The notes under the pieces are model-generated. The model did no database searches and was not told the DNA's origin. It saw only the letters and a program-made list of their open reading frames with translations. From positions 622,940-686,939 of the forward strand of contig JBAZBY010000001.1 in the NCBI GenBank assembly GCA_041671225.1: a stretch of 64,000 nt of DNA, in the 5' to 3' direction. This DNA is from Patescibacteria group bacterium. Lineage in GTDB: Bacteria > Patescibacteriota > Patescibacteriia > JBAZBY01. Below are positions 18,944 to 29,112 of this stretch, piece after piece. Within the stretch, counting starts at the first letter, position 1, and each line of letters starts with the position of its first letter. Both the position numbers and the translations under genes were made by a program.

Positions 18944-19657
18944 ATGGGACGAAAAGTACATCCAAAAGTTTTCCGCATTGGCGTGAATACCACCTGGAAT
19001 TCACGATGGTATGCCGATAGCAGGCATTTTGCGAAATATCTTGAGCAGGACACAAAGATGCGCAAATTTCTTATGACGAAATTGAAGGGCGCAAGCGTTG
19101 CCAATATTCGCATTGAACGCTCAACAGACGCGGTAACCGTTACTATCTTTACTCCAAAGCCGGGGATTGTGATTGGACGTGGCGGGCAAGGCGTTGAGGA
19201 TCTCAAGAAGAAACTCAAAATGATACTTATGACTGCCGGTCGCAAAACAACCCTGAAGCTCAATATTCAGGAAGTGGACAAGCCGGATATCAACGCTCAA
19301 GTTGTGATGCATAATATTATTGAGCAATTAGAAAAACGTCTTCCTTTCCGTCGCGCCATGAAGCAAGCCGTAGAATCTGTTATGAAAGCAGGTGCCGAAG
19401 GCGTTAAAGTTGAAATCGCAGGACGTTTAAACGGTGCAGAAATTGCTCGTTCAGAGCATCAATCACAGGGGCGACTTCCCCTTCAGACACTACGCGCAAA
19501 TATGCAGTATGCCCGTGGCGTTGCCCGTACAACATATGGTGGGATTGGCGTGAAGGTATGGGTATACACAGGAGAACTTTTTGAAAATGAGCAAGAAGAA
19601 GCCGCAGAGGAATCGAGCGGTTCATCAGCTCCACGTAGCAGAGGTACTAAGCGCTAG
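18944..19657 (+). CDS. rpsC: 30S ribosomal protein S3
   Basis: MGRKVHP, PGIVIGRGG, GRLNGAEIAR, PLQTLRA. Confidence 0.98.
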   Translation: MGRKVHPKVFRIGVNTTWNSRWYADSRHFAKYLEQDTKMRKFLMTKLKGASVANIRIERSTDAVTVTIFTPKPGIVIGRGGQGVEDLKKKLKMILMTAGRKTTLKLNIQEVDKPDINAQVVMHNIIEQLEKRLPFRRAMKQAVESVMKAGAEGVKVEIAGRLNGAEIARSEHQSQGRLPLQTLRANMQYARGVARTTYGGIGVKVWVYTGELFENEQEEAAEESSGSSAPRSRGTKR

Positions 19658-19660
19658 TAT

Positions 19661-20074
19661 ATGTTGATGACACCCCGAAAAGTTAAACACCGCAAGTGGC
19701 ACCGCGGTACCACCAAAGGCAAGGCAACGCAAAAGACGACGCTTGCATTTGGTACGATCGGCCTTAAGGCACTTTCTACTGATTGGATTACCGCACGGCA
19801 ACTTGAATCGGCTCGTCGCGCAATGACTCGTTTTGTGCAGCGCGGTGGAAAAATTTGGATTCGGGTATTCACTGATAAACCGGTGACCGTGAAGGGCAAT
19901 GAGGTTCGTATGGGCGGAGGTAAGGGTGCCGTTGACCATTATGTCGCAGTAGTTCGACCCGGTACGATTATGTTTGAGATGGATGGTATTGATGAAACCA
20001 AGTCACGCCGCGCACTCGAGCTTGCAGCACATAAACTCCCCGTAAAGACCCGTATTGTGACAAAGCAGCAATAG
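19661..20074 (+). CDS. rplP: 50S ribosomal protein L16
   Basis: GKIWIRVF, RMGGGKG, AAHKLP. Confidence 0.98.
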   Translation: MLMTPRKVKHRKWHRGTTKGKATQKTTLAFGTIGLKALSTDWITARQLESARRAMTRFVQRGGKIWIRVFTDKPVTVKGNEVRMGGGKGAVDHYVAVVRPGTIMFEMDGIDETKSRRALELAAHKLPVKTRIVTKQQ

Positions 20075-20075
20075 T

Positions 20076-20264
20076 ATGACGATCAAAGAACTTCGCATGA
20101 AATCACGAGCAGAACTGGAAAAGCTTCTTACGGAACAGCGAGAAGAGCTGCGTGATATCCGTTTCAAAGTATCACGAGACCAGATGAAGAATGTCCGTTC
20201 AATTCGTTCAACAAAGCAGGACATTGCACGCATTCTCACTATTTTGCATACAGAAAAGAAATAA
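20076..20264 (+). CDS. rpmC: 50S ribosomal protein L29
   Basis: KELR..., LRDIRF, DIARILT; position in the S10 operon. Confidence 0.93.
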   Translation: MTIKELRMKSRAELEKLLTEQREELRDIRFKVSRDQMKNVRSIRSTKQDIARILTILHTEKK

Positions 20265-20267
20265 TTT

Positions 20268-20573
20268 ATGGAAGACGCAGCAAAGACAACAGAAGCAAAA
20301 CGACGCCGGTTCACCGGTACGGTTGTGTCAGATAAAATGACCAAGAGTATTGTCGTGCGTATTGATCGCACAAAGACACATCCTCGGTATCATAAGAAAT
20401 ACACGGTTTCGAAACGTTTCCATGTACACGATCCAAAAGATCAAGCTCATGTTGGTGACACTGTTGTTATTGAGGAAACACGTCCAATTTCAAAGACCAT
20501 TCGTTGGCGTGTTCTTTCTGTTACTCCAAAGCCAGCGAAGTCTGGTTCAGTCATTGAGGAAACAAAGGAATAG
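20268..20573 (+). CDS. rpsQ: 30S ribosomal protein S17
   Basis: [21 protein letters not shown]. Confidence 0.97.
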   Translation: MEDAAKTTEAKRRRFTGTVVSDKMTKSIVVRIDRTKTHPRYHKKYTVSKRFHVHDPKDQAHVGDTVVIEETRPISKTIRWRVLSVTPKPAKSGSVIEETKE

Positions 20574-20574
20574 T

Positions 20575-20946
20575 ATGGTGCAGCCACAGTCTATCTTGAA
20601 TCTCGCAGACAACACCGGCGCAAAAAAACTCCGCGTCATTCGTGTTCTTGGTGGGTATCGCAAGCGATATGCGCGTATCGGTGATATTGTTACCGCATCG
20701 GTTCGTGAAGCAGCTCCCCATGGCATGGTGAAGAAGGGTGAAGTGGTGCGCGCCGTGATTGTCAGGCAGCGCAAAGAACTGCAGCGCAGCGATGGTTCGG
20801 CGATTCGTTTTGATGAGAATGCAGCAGTGATCATTGATAAGGAATCAAAGGAACCAAAGGGTACGCGTATTTTTGGCCCTGTTGCACGAGAGCTTAAAGA
20901 AATGGGATTTCAGAAAATTAATTCCCTTGCACCGGAGGTTCTCTAA
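20575..20946 (+). CDS. rplN: 50S ribosomal protein L14
   Basis: [35 protein letters not shown]. Confidence 0.98.
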   Translation: MVQPQSILNLADNTGAKKLRVIRVLGGYRKRYARIGDIVTASVREAAPHGMVKKGEVVRAVIVRQRKELQRSDGSAIRFDENAAVIIDKESKEPKGTRIFGPVARELKEMGFQKINSLAPEVL

Positions 20947-21254
20947 TGCAAACACGACCAAAAATGCCAATAAAGAAGGGCGATGTTGTGAAGGTATTAA
21001 CCGGCAAGGATCGCGGCAAGCAAGGAAAGGTTATTCAGGTTTTTCCAAAGCTCCAGCGTGTTGTTGTTGAAGGAGTGAACGCTTTTCAAAAGCATCTGCG
21101 TCCGCGTCGGGAAAACGAACCCGGTCAGCGGGTGGAATTCTTTTCACCACTGCATATGTCGAATGTCAAGAAAGTAAAAGAAGAGCCAAAGGCCAAGAAG
21201 CCGGCACAGGTGAAAGCAGAGAAGTCCGTCAAGACAACCAAGGCAGCAAAATAA
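20946..21254 (+). CDS. rplX: 50S ribosomal protein L24
   Basis: KOW motif IKKGDVVKVLTGKDRGKQG, VVEGVN, HMSNV. Confidence 0.96.
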   Translation: MQTRPKMPIKKGDVVKVLTGKDRGKQGKVIQVFPKLQRVVVEGVNAFQKHLRPRRENEPGQRVEFFSPLHMSNVKKVKEEPKAKKPAQVKAEKSVKTTKAAK

Positions 21255-21258
21255 TATT

Positions 21259-21882
21259 ATGGCAACTCGATTTTCAGAAAAATATAAGAAAGAAATACTT
21301 CCCAAGATGAAGGAACGCTTTCATTACAAGAACGAGATGGCGGTTCCAAAGTTAACGCAGGCTTCAGTGAATATTGGATTTGGCAAAGAAAAGGATAATG
21401 AGAAGGCAATAGAATACGCAGTGAAGAACTTGGTGCGCATTACTGGTCAGCAGCCGCAAATGACAAAAGCTCGTAAATCTATTGCAAGTTTCAAAGTGCG
21501 GGAAGGCCAGGTTGTTGGCGCAAAGGTGACACTGCGCGGTAGGCGCATGGAACAATTTCTTGACAAGCTCGTTTCTTCCACATTACCCCGTGTGCGTGAC
21601 TTCCGTGGTCTTTCTCTCGTATCATTTCAAAAAGGTGAGACAAACTACACCGTAGGCGTGCGCGAACATAACGTATTTCCTGAAATTAAAAGCGATGAAG
21701 TTGAAGCACTGCACGGATTAGAGGTAACAATTGTCACAACTGCAAAAACGGCGCCAGAAGCACAGGAATTACTAACGCTGTACGGCTTTCCGTTCACAAA
21801 AGAAGATATAAAGGAATTGAAGGAAGAAAAGCCAAAACAGGATAAGAATAAGTCTGGCAAAACCGGAAAGAAGGAGAAATAA
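21259..21882 (+). CDS. rplE: 50S ribosomal protein L5
   Basis: ITGQQP, KVTLRG, LPRVRDFRG, VFPEI. Confidence 0.97.
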   Translation: MATRFSEKYKKEILPKMKERFHYKNEMAVPKLTQASVNIGFGKEKDNEKAIEYAVKNLVRITGQQPQMTKARKSIASFKVREGQVVGAKVTLRGRRMEQFLDKLVSSTLPRVRDFRGLSLVSFQKGETNYTVGVREHNVFPEIKSDEVEALHGLEVTIVTTAKTAPEAQELLTLYGFPFTKEDIKELKEEKPKQDKNKSGKTGKKEK

Positions 21883-21885
21883 GCT

Positions 21886-22080
21886 ATGGCACGGAAAGCA
21901 CAAATTATTAAATCACGTCGGAATGCCACGAAAGCGAAGTTTTCATCGCGTATCGTGCACCGTTGCTGGCGTTGCGGTCGAAATTCCGGTTATATGCGCG
22001 ACTTCAAGCTCTGTCGCATTTGTTTCCGCGAGCTCGCAAACCGGGGCGATATTCCGGGTATTCAGAAATCCAGTTGGTAA
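21886..22080 (+). CDS. rpsN: 30S ribosomal protein S14, zinc-binding type
   Basis: RCWRCGR...LCRICFRELA...IPG. Confidence 0.96.
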   Translation: MARKAQIIKSRRNATKAKFSSRIVHRCWRCGRNSGYMRDFKLCRICFRELANRGDIPGIQKSSW

Positions 22081-22084
22081 ACCT

Positions 22085-22480
22085 ATGATCTCAGATCCAA
22101 TCGCAGACATGCTCACTATCGTTCGCAACGCGCTCATGGCGCGAAAGAAGAACGTGCATATTCCACATTCAAAAATGCGGGAAAAGCTTTGTCATATTTT
22201 AGTGAAGGAAAAATATTTGGAATCCTGCACCGTTACGGAAGAAGAGAGCCGCAAGACGCTTGATATACAATTGCGCTACACAGAAGATGGCCGCCCGGCT
22301 ATCACAACCATTCGCCGCATTTCCAAGCCAGGGCGTCGTGTGTATGTGGGGCGTCGTGAACTGCCAGTCGTGATCAATAATTTTGGTATTGCCATTCTTT
22401 CAACTCCACAAGGACTTATGACAAATCGCGAGGCGCGCAAGACATCTACGGGTGGAGAAATTATTTGCGAAATATACTAA
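22085..22480 (+). CDS. rpsH: 30S ribosomal protein S8
   Basis: DPIADML, RISKPGRRVY, STPQG, GGEII. Confidence 0.97.
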   Translation: MISDPIADMLTIVRNALMARKKNVHIPHSKMREKLCHILVKEKYLESCTVTEEESRKTLDIQLRYTEDGRPAITTIRRISKPGRRVYVGRRELPVVINNFGIAILSTPQGLMTNREARKTSTGGEIICEIY

Positions 22481-22482
22481 AC

Positions 22483-23037
22483 ATGTCACGCATCGGACGA
22501 AAACCTATTGCACTTCCAAGCGGCGTCACTATGACGGTCGCTGACCGCGTGGTCACCATTAAAGGCAGCAAGGGTGAACTGACACAAGAACTTCACCGCC
22601 ATGTGAAGGTGGCACAGGAAGATCAGCAGCTGATAATCACTGTAACAAATCCGGATGAAAAACAGGACCGCGCTCTCTGGGGTCTTACTCGTGCATTAGT
22701 ACAGAATATGGTAACAGGTGTGAGCGACGGTTTTGAGAAACGCCTTGAAGTCAATGGTGTTGGCTATAAAGTTCTTGCATCTGGGAAAAAGTTAACATTG
22801 AATCTTGGTTATTCCCATCCAATTGTGTTCATGATTCCTGAAAAAATTGAGGCAGTCGTTGATGGCAATGTTATTATTCTGAAAGGCGCAGATAAGCAGT
22901 TAATCGGTGAGACCGCTGCGCAGATCCGTCGCTTGCGCAAGCCAGAACCATACAAGGGCAAAGGTATTAAATATGCAGAGGAAATCATCCGCCGCAAGGC
23001 CGGTAAGGTGGTGAAGGCTGCAGGAGGTGGATCATAA
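22483..23037 (+). CDS. rplF: 50S ribosomal protein L6
   Basis: [27 protein letters not shown]. Confidence 0.98.
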   Translation: MSRIGRKPIALPSGVTMTVADRVVTIKGSKGELTQELHRHVKVAQEDQQLIITVTNPDEKQDRALWGLTRALVQNMVTGVSDGFEKRLEVNGVGYKVLASGKKLTLNLGYSHPIVFMIPEKIEAVVDGNVIILKGADKQLIGETAAQIRRLRKPEPYKGKGIKYAEEIIRRKAGKVVKAAGGGS

Positions 23038-23038
23038 T

Positions 23039-23389
23039 ATGAAAGCAGCACATAAAGATGCACAGCGCATTCATCGTCATCACCGCGTCCGCGCGCGCGT
23101 GAAGGGCACTGCAGAGAGACCACGACTGGTCATTTCTCGTACACTCAAGCACATTGCTGCGCAGATCATTGATGATACCGTTGGGAGAACACTCGCCGCA
23201 GCACTGGACACAGAAATTAAAGAAAAGAAGAGCGGCAAAGAGCGTGCCGCAGCCGTCGGAGCTTTGCTCGCGGAAAAGGCGAAGAAGGCAGGTATTACGC
23301 AAGTGGTTTTTGATCGCGGTGGCCATAAGTATCACGGACGAGTTGCTGCACTGGCCGATGCTGCACGTAGTGGAGGTCTCCAGTTTTAA
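23039..23389 (+). CDS. rplR: 50S ribosomal protein L18
   Basis: [25 protein letters not shown]. Confidence 0.97.
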   Translation: MKAAHKDAQRIHRHHRVRARVKGTAERPRLVISRTLKHIAAQIIDDTVGRTLAAALDTEIKEKKSGKERAAAVGALLAEKAKKAGITQVVFDRGGHKYHGRVAALADAARSGGLQF

Positions 23390-23398
23390 AAATGCATT

Positions 23399-23950
23399 AT
23401 GATGAAAGAAGTAGGAAATCGTAAAGGAGGACGCAAAGGCCGCGATCGCGAGGTCCGCGAAAAGCGTGAGTTTGAACAGCGCGTTATTGAAATCGCACGC
23501 GTTACTCGCGTGGTCAAAGGCGGTAAGCGTATGCGCTTTCGTGCGTGCGTGGTTATTGGTGATGAGAAGGGCCGTGTTTCTATGGCAATTGCAAAAGGAC
23601 CAGATGTGCAAATTGCCGTAAACAAGGCAACGAATCAGGCAAAGAAGAAGATGTTTCTTGTACCGATGGTCGATGGAACGATTCCGCATAGCCTGCGTAT
23701 TCGCAGGCACGCAGCAGATATACTCCTCAAACCAGCTCCGAAAGGTACGGGAGTTATGGCTGGCGGTGCGTTACGTCCAGTTTTTGAGGTTATTGGACTT
23801 ACGAACGTTGTTGCAAAGATGCTTGGCTCAAAGAGCAAGATAAATAATGTGAAGGCATTGCTTGAAGGTTTGCGCATGTTAAAGCCGCCAAAGAAAAAGC
23901 GAACAGTAAAGCCTGGAGCACAGCAGACTGAACACACAGAGAAGAAATAG
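23399..23950 (+). CDS. rpsE: 30S ribosomal protein S5
   Basis: RVTRVVKGGKR, VVIGD, PAPKGTGVMAGG. Confidence 0.97.
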   Translation: MMKEVGNRKGGRKGRDREVREKREFEQRVIEIARVTRVVKGGKRMRFRACVVIGDEKGRVSMAIAKGPDVQIAVNKATNQAKKKMFLVPMVDGTIPHSLRIRRHAADILLKPAPKGTGVMAGGALRPVFEVIGLTNVVAKMLGSKSKINNVKALLEGLRMLKPPKKKRTVKPGAQQTEHTEKK

Positions 23951-23953
23951 ATT

Positions 23954-24454
23954 ATGTCACTTTCACTCCATACACTTACGGCATCAAAACGACGCAGCAA
24001 AAAGCGCGTCGGGCGCGGGAATGCATCTGGGCGCGGCACATATTCAAGCCGCGGCTTGAAGGGTCAGCGTTCACGTTCTGGTGGAAGTCGCGGTATTATG
24101 CGCCGTAGTCTTAAGGCATTCTATGTCAAAACACCGAAGGTCAAAGGATTTTCAGGAAAAGAGGAAGGTCAGCTCACATTGAACCTTCGTGATATTGATC
24201 GCTTTTTTCCAAAGCATACCACTATTCGTTTGAAGGATTATTATGACGCCGGGCTCCTTTCTAGCTCAATACGTCGCGTAAAGCTTCTTGCACAGGGTGA
24301 ACTTTCACGGCCAGTACAGCTTTTTGTTCATGCCGCATCTCAGAGTGCACAAAAGGCCGTGGAAAAGGCAGGCGGACGTGTTACTCTGATTGTAGAGAAG
24401 CCAGCACGTGCCGGATCAAAGGGCGGAGAGAAGAAGTTCAACAAAAGTTCATAG
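23954..24454 (+). CDS. rplO: 50S ribosomal protein L15
   Basis: KRVGRGNASGRG..SSRGLKGQRSRSG; directly before secY. Confidence 0.95.
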   Translation: MSLSLHTLTASKRRSKKRVGRGNASGRGTYSSRGLKGQRSRSGGSRGIMRRSLKAFYVKTPKVKGFSGKEEGQLTLNLRDIDRFFPKHTTIRLKDYYDAGLLSSSIRRVKLLAQGELSRPVQLFVHAASQSAQKAVEKAGGRVTLIVEKPARAGSKGGEKKFNKSS

Positions 24455-24462
24455 GGGGTTAC

Positions 24463-25743
24463 ATGGGCGTTTGGGAAAAAATATCTTTACTCTGGCGTGT
24501 CAAAGACTTGCGCAATCGCATCCTCTTCGTCTTGGGGCTGCTCTTTGTGTTTCGGATTACTGCGCATATCCCAATCCCAGGCGTTGATACGGGAGCGCTA
24601 AAAGAATTTTTTGCATCAAATCAACTCCTCGGATTGCTGAATATTTTTTCAGGAGGTGCGCTGGAAAACTTTTCCATCGTCATGCTTGGCGTTGGTCCCT
24701 ATATCACCGCATCGATCATTATGCAGTTGCTGCAAATGATTGTACCGAGCCTTGAAGAGCTTGCAAAAGAAGGCGAGTATGGGCGTCAGAAGATTAATCA
24801 GTGGACACGTTTACTCGCAGTGCCACTGGCAGCAGTACAGGGCTTTGCAACCATTCATCTTTTGCGCCAGCAAGGTGGGGGAATTATCGCTGATATGGAT
24901 CTCTTTAAAACCATCACCGCAGTCATTACTATTACTGCGGGATCCATGTTCTTGATGTGGCTCGGTGAGCTTATTACGGAGAAGCGTATTGGTAATGGCA
25001 TTAGTTTAATGATTTTTGCCGGTATCGTTGCCGGATTGCCGGCACAGATTGGCCAGACAGCGGCCGTCTTTGATTCTGGGCAGTTGGGCACGGTTGCTAT
25101 TTTTGTGATCATGGGTCTTATCACCATTGCTGGCGTGGTGTTCGTTACAGAAGCAAACCGTAATATTCCGGTGCAGTACGCGCGACGCATTCGCGGCAAT
25201 AAGGTGTATGGTGGCGTTTCAAGCCATTTACCGATGCGCGTGAATCAGGCAGGTGTTATCCCAATTATTTTTGCAATTTCTCTTGTATTGTTCCCACCGC
25301 TTATTGCGCAGTTTTTTGTGAATTCTGGGAACGCATTCATTGCGAATGTATCAACTTGGATCACCGTGGAGTTTCAGGGAGGCGTGATCTATTCTGCAAC
25401 GTACTTTATACTTGTTGTCGCCTTTGCGTATTTTTATACTGCGGTGATTTTTCACCCAGATCAGATTGCAGAGAATCTTCAGAAACAGGGTGGCTTTATC
25501 CCAGGTATTCGTCCTGGACGTCACACACAAGAATATCTTTCCTATGTTTCTAGTCGTATTCTTCTTGCTGGGGCGCTTTTCCTTGGTCTTATTGCGGTGC
25601 TACCAAATATTGTTCAGGGTGTGACTAATATCAGTACCCTTATTCTTGGTGGTACAAGCCTCTTGATCGTGGTTTCTGTGGTCATTGAGACCGTCAAGCA
25701 GATTGACTCGCACCTCATTGCCCGCGATTACGAAGGGCTGTAG
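24463..25743 (+). CDS. secY: Preprotein translocase subunit SecY
   Basis: LGVGPYITASIIMQLL, GIGNG-like RIGNGIS, AGVIPIIFA, FIPGIRPG, GGTSLLI. Confidence 0.98.
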   Translation: MGVWEKISLLWRVKDLRNRILFVLGLLFVFRITAHIPIPGVDTGALKEFFASNQLLGLLNIFSGGALENFSIVMLGVGPYITASIIMQLLQMIVPSLEELAKEGEYGRQKINQWTRLLAVPLAAVQGFATIHLLRQQGGGIIADMDLFKTITAVITITAGSMFLMWLGELITEKRIGNGISLMIFAGIVAGLPAQIGQTAAVFDSGQLGTVAIFVIMGLITIAGVVFVTEANRNIPVQYARRIRGNKVYGGVSSHLPMRVNQAGVIPIIFAISLVLFPPLIAQFFVNSGNAFIANVSTWITVEFQGGVIYSATYFILVVAFAYFYTAVIFHPDQIAENLQKQGGFIPGIRPGRHTQEYLSYVSSRILLAGALFLGLIAVLPNIVQGVTNISTLILGGTSLLIVVSVVIETVKQIDSHLIARDYEGL

Positions 25744-25752
25744 AATAGCGCT

Positions 25753-26337
25753 ATGACGGCCGCGAAATTAAAAACCGTCGTTATTCTGGGCTCACAGGGT
25801 TCAGGAAAAGGCACGCAGGCAAAACTCCTGGCTGAGCGTTTTGGGTTTGTTCATATTGAAGTCGGAGCGATCCTGCGGAAAAAAGCGCAGGAAGAGAGCG
25901 ATGAAGGCAGAAATGTTGATGCAATGCTCAAGCAGGGAATTCTTTTGCCATTCGATTTGGTTATGAGTCTTGTGCGTGCGGAGGTTGCGGCGCAACCAAT
26001 GACAACATCGCTCGTTTTTGATGGCACGCCACGACGACCTATTGAGATTTCGTATTGGGAGAAAGCATTACCAGAAATGGGTCGCGCATTCACTGATGTA
26101 TTGCTTATTACGCTTCATGAGCAGAAGGCGATTGAAAGGATGTCCCTTCGTGCACAGAAAGAAAAACGAGATGATGACACCCCTCACGCCATTGCCGAGC
26201 GACTCAAAAATTTTAAAGAAAGCACCGCACCGGTGATTGACCATTATCGCAAGGAAGGTATTCTTCGAGAAATCAATGGGGATCAAACAATTGATGAGGT
26301 TCATGCGGATATTGTCAACATACTTGATCTCGCATGA
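25753..26337 (+). CDS. adk: Adenylate kinase (short, lid-less type)
   Basis: P-loop GSQGSGKGTQA, FDGTPR, RDDD; position between secY and map. Confidence 0.9.
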   Translation: MTAAKLKTVVILGSQGSGKGTQAKLLAERFGFVHIEVGAILRKKAQEESDEGRNVDAMLKQGILLPFDLVMSLVRAEVAAQPMTTSLVFDGTPRRPIEISYWEKALPEMGRAFTDVLLITLHEQKAIERMSLRAQKEKRDDDTPHAIAERLKNFKESTAPVIDHYRKEGILREINGDQTIDEVHADIVNILDLA

Positions 26338-27086
26338 TTACCACCAATGAACAGACAATTGCGCGTTTAGAAAAAAGTGGCCGTATTCTTGCAAAGGCAT
26401 TACAGAAGACTGCAGCAGCTGTTGCGCCAGGCATGAGTACCAAGGACCTCGATGTCATTGCACAGGAATCAATTGAGCAACAAGGGGGCACCCCTGCGTT
26501 TTTGAATTACAGTGGTTTCCCGGCAAGTCTTTGTACCTCACGAAATCATATTGTGGTCCATGGGATCCCCAGCAAAGATGAGAAGCTGCAGGAGGGTGAT
26601 ATTATTGGTCTCGACCTTGGTGTGAATTTTGAAGGTGCTTTTACGGATATGGCGGTTACGGTATCTGTCGGTCCCATTCCCGAAGAAGTCCAGCGGCTTA
26701 TCACCACAACTCGGAAGTCACTTACCGCAGGACTTGATGTGCTTCATGCAGGAGTGCGCACGGGAGATATTGGAGCAGCGGTTCAGGCCGTCGCGGAGGC
26801 AAGTGGGTACGGCGTTGTTCGTGACTTTGTCGGGCATGGCGTGGGCGCGGCAGTACACGAAGAACCGCAGATTCCGAATGTTGGACGTGCTGGCTTTGGA
26901 GCGGTGCTGCCGCTTGGCAGTGTCATTGCTATTGAGCCAATGATCAATATGGGCGGGCCGGGCGTTACGGTGCAGGATGATCGCTGGGCTGTCGCAACGA
27001 ATGATAGAGGACTTTCTGCTCATTTTGAAGTCACGGTGCGTATCACAGAAAAGGGCTTTTCATATATTACGCCGCCATTTTTATGA
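26334..27086 (+). CDS. map: Methionine aminopeptidase type I
   Basis: VVHGIP, DLG...TDMA, GHGVG..VHEEP, IAIEPM, SAHFE. Confidence 0.96.
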   Translation: MITTNEQTIARLEKSGRILAKALQKTAAAVAPGMSTKDLDVIAQESIEQQGGTPAFLNYSGFPASLCTSRNHIVVHGIPSKDEKLQEGDIIGLDLGVNFEGAFTDMAVTVSVGPIPEEVQRLITTTRKSLTAGLDVLHAGVRTGDIGAAVQAVAEASGYGVVRDFVGHGVGAAVHEEPQIPNVGRAGFGAVLPLGSVIAIEPMINMGGPGVTVQDDRWAVATNDRGLSAHFEVTVRITEKGFSYITPPFL

Positions 27087-27478
27087 AAAAGGTACTCGGT
27101 ATCGATTGGGGACGCGCGCATATTGGTATTGCGATATCCGATGCAGATCATCGTTGGGCATTTCCACGATCGGAAGTCGCACCAGGTAAGCCTTTTTTTG
27201 ACACCCTTGCGGTACTCCAAAAGGAAGAGGATATTGGAGCAGTGGTCGTTGGGTATCCATTACCACTCGGCAAGGCAGGTTCGGTAGGCGAGCAGCAGCT
27301 CAAAGATGTTGAGATATTTGCCGCAGATCTCCGTATTCGTTTGGGGGTGCCCGTGGCGTTGATGGATGAACGTATGAGTAATATGAAGGCAGCGATACAG
27401 CAATATCCTGATGCGGGTGACCATGAACGCGCGGCGGCAATGCTTCTTTCTGAGTATCTTGCACGCGCAGCATTATGA
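27083..27478 (+). CDS. ruvX: RuvX/YqgF family nuclease (pre-16S maturation / resolvase-like)
   Basis: LGIDWG...IGIAISD, VVGYP, DERMS, AAAMLL. Confidence 0.88.
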   Translation: MKKVLGIDWGRAHIGIAISDADHRWAFPRSEVAPGKPFFDTLAVLQKEEDIGAVVVGYPLPLGKAGSVGEQQLKDVEIFAADLRIRLGVPVALMDERMSNMKAAIQQYPDAGDHERAAAMLLSEYLARAAL

Positions 27479-28581
27479 TATACGTTGTAGGATTTTTTGG
27501 GGCACTTCTCCTTGGGCTTGTTGTCACACCACTCGTGATCCGGCTTGCACGTCATTTGGGCTTACTTGATGTTCCTGCAGTTGCCCCGCATCGCAAAATT
27601 CACAAAAAACCAATGCCCCTTCTTGGTGGTAGCGCGATCATGTTTGCGTTTTTTTTCATGACGGTACTTTTCATGTTGCACGGGGATATCTTTAGCGGTG
27701 AACTCGGCGCACTTTCTCGCAAGGCATTTTGGGGAATTGCTTTTGGTGCAGCTTTTCTCTTGGTTGGTGGTTTTCTTGATGATAAATATGATCTTCGCGC
27801 CCGTTGGAAATTTGTGTACCCGATTGCGGCAACGTTTTCACTGATCGTTGGTGGTATTGGCGTACTGTTCATCACAAATCCGTTTGGTGGGATTTTTAAT
27901 CTTGAGCAAATACGCATCACACTCTTTTCACTGGATGGGATACCCTATCAACTCGTTCTCTTTGCTGACGTGTTCACCTTTCTCTGGCTGATGGGGTCGA
28001 TGTTTACAACAAAATTTCTTGATGGCATGGACGGACTTGTCACAGGAATTGGTGTGATAGGTGCGGTTGTTATTTTTCTTCTTTCACTTCGTCCTGAGGT
28101 TGCACAGCCAGAACTCGCGCTTCTTTCAGCTATTTTTGGAGGAGCACTCCTTGGATTTTTCCCGTATAATTTTTACCCTGCACGTATTTTTCTTGGCGAG
28201 GGAGGTTCCCTTTTTGTTGGTTTTATTCTTGGGACGCTTTCGATCCTTGCAGGGGGGAAGATTGCAACCGCCTTGTTGATTCTTGGCCTCCCCATTCTTG
28301 ACGTGGCGTGGGCGATTATGCGAAGACTCATGGCTGGTCGTTCACCATTTTCTGCAGACCGGCAGCATCTTCATCATCGTCTGCTTGATTCTGGCCTGCC
28401 GCATCGCACGGTCGTCCTCTTTTTTTATGGTCTCACTCTTCTTTTTGGATTTTCGACACTTTTTGTACGTGGAGCAATGAAGGCGGCAGTACTGGTCATC
28501 CTTGTATTTGTGATGGCACTTCTTGCATACCTTGCGATCCGTTTTGAAAACCGCAAGGTGAACCACAAGCCTCATGAGTAG
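27475..28581 (+). CDS. MraY/WecA-like polyprenyl-phosphate GlcNAc-1-phosphate transferase
   Basis: RKIH..P.PLLGG, GFLDD, LDGMDGL, NFYPARIFLG, ADRQHLHHRL. Confidence 0.92.
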   Translation: MIYVVGFFGALLLGLVVTPLVIRLARHLGLLDVPAVAPHRKIHKKPMPLLGGSAIMFAFFFMTVLFMLHGDIFSGELGALSRKAFWGIAFGAAFLLVGGFLDDKYDLRARWKFVYPIAATFSLIVGGIGVLFITNPFGGIFNLEQIRITLFSLDGIPYQLVLFADVFTFLWLMGSMFTTKFLDGMDGLVTGIGVIGAVVIFLLSLRPEVAQPELALLSAIFGGALLGFFPYNFYPARIFLGEGGSLFVGFILGTLSILAGGKIATALLILGLPILDVAWAIMRRLMAGRSPFSADRQHLHHRLLDSGLPHRTVVLFFYGLTLLFGFSTLFVRGAMKAAVLVILVFVMALLAYLAIRFENRKVNHKPHE

Positions 28582-29080
28582 ATCCATTGTTAATCTTTTT
28601 TTGATTCTGATTCTTTTTGGAGGTTTTTTTACGGCGTTCTTTTATGAAGATTTAGCGCGTGAGGCTCGTTTTTTGTGGACTGATATAAGGGAGTTGTTTC
28701 AGCCATTGGAAGAGTGGGAGGTTGTACTTGAAGATGGAACTGAACTTTCTCTTCCCGTTGCGCAGACTGAAGATGAATTGCAACGCGGATTAATGAATCG
28801 TCGATCTCTTGAAGATGGAGAGGGGATGATTCTTGCTTACGACGAGCCATCTTTGCATAGCATCTGGATGAAGAATGTGTATTTTAATCTTGATCTACTA
28901 TGGGTGGAAAATGATACTGTTATGTATCTCCTTCCTAATACGCAACGAGCAGCAGGTGTGGAGAATCCGCCAATCTATTCACCGGACGCGCCTTCAACTT
29001 ATGTTGTGGAATTCCCCGCTGGATATGCTAAAACGCATGCTATTGAGCAGGGGGGTATTCTGATGATTAAGAAGGATTGA
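28574..29080 (+). CDS. DUF192 family protein
   Basis: VAQT..E..RGLMNR, GMI, IWMKN..F.LD, YVVE.PAG; N-terminal TM. Confidence 0.85.
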   Translation: MSRSIVNLFLILILFGGFFTAFFYEDLAREARFLWTDIRELFQPLEEWEVVLEDGTELSLPVAQTEDELQRGLMNRRSLEDGEGMILAYDEPSLHSIWMKNVYFNLDLLWVENDTVMYLLPNTQRAAGVENPPIYSPDAPSTYVVEFPAGYAKTHAIEQGGILMIKKD

Positions 29081-29112
29081 CGCCATACACAGGCTTTGGT
29101 AGGATATCCGCC

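Noticed and set aside
24398-24430. Decayed palindrome copies in the rplO tail (KPARAGSKGG) and rpsJ N-terminus (KSGSTSGK)
   Set aside because: The peptides are reminiscent, but the DNA no longer forms the 6-bp stems; too weak without orthologue alignment.
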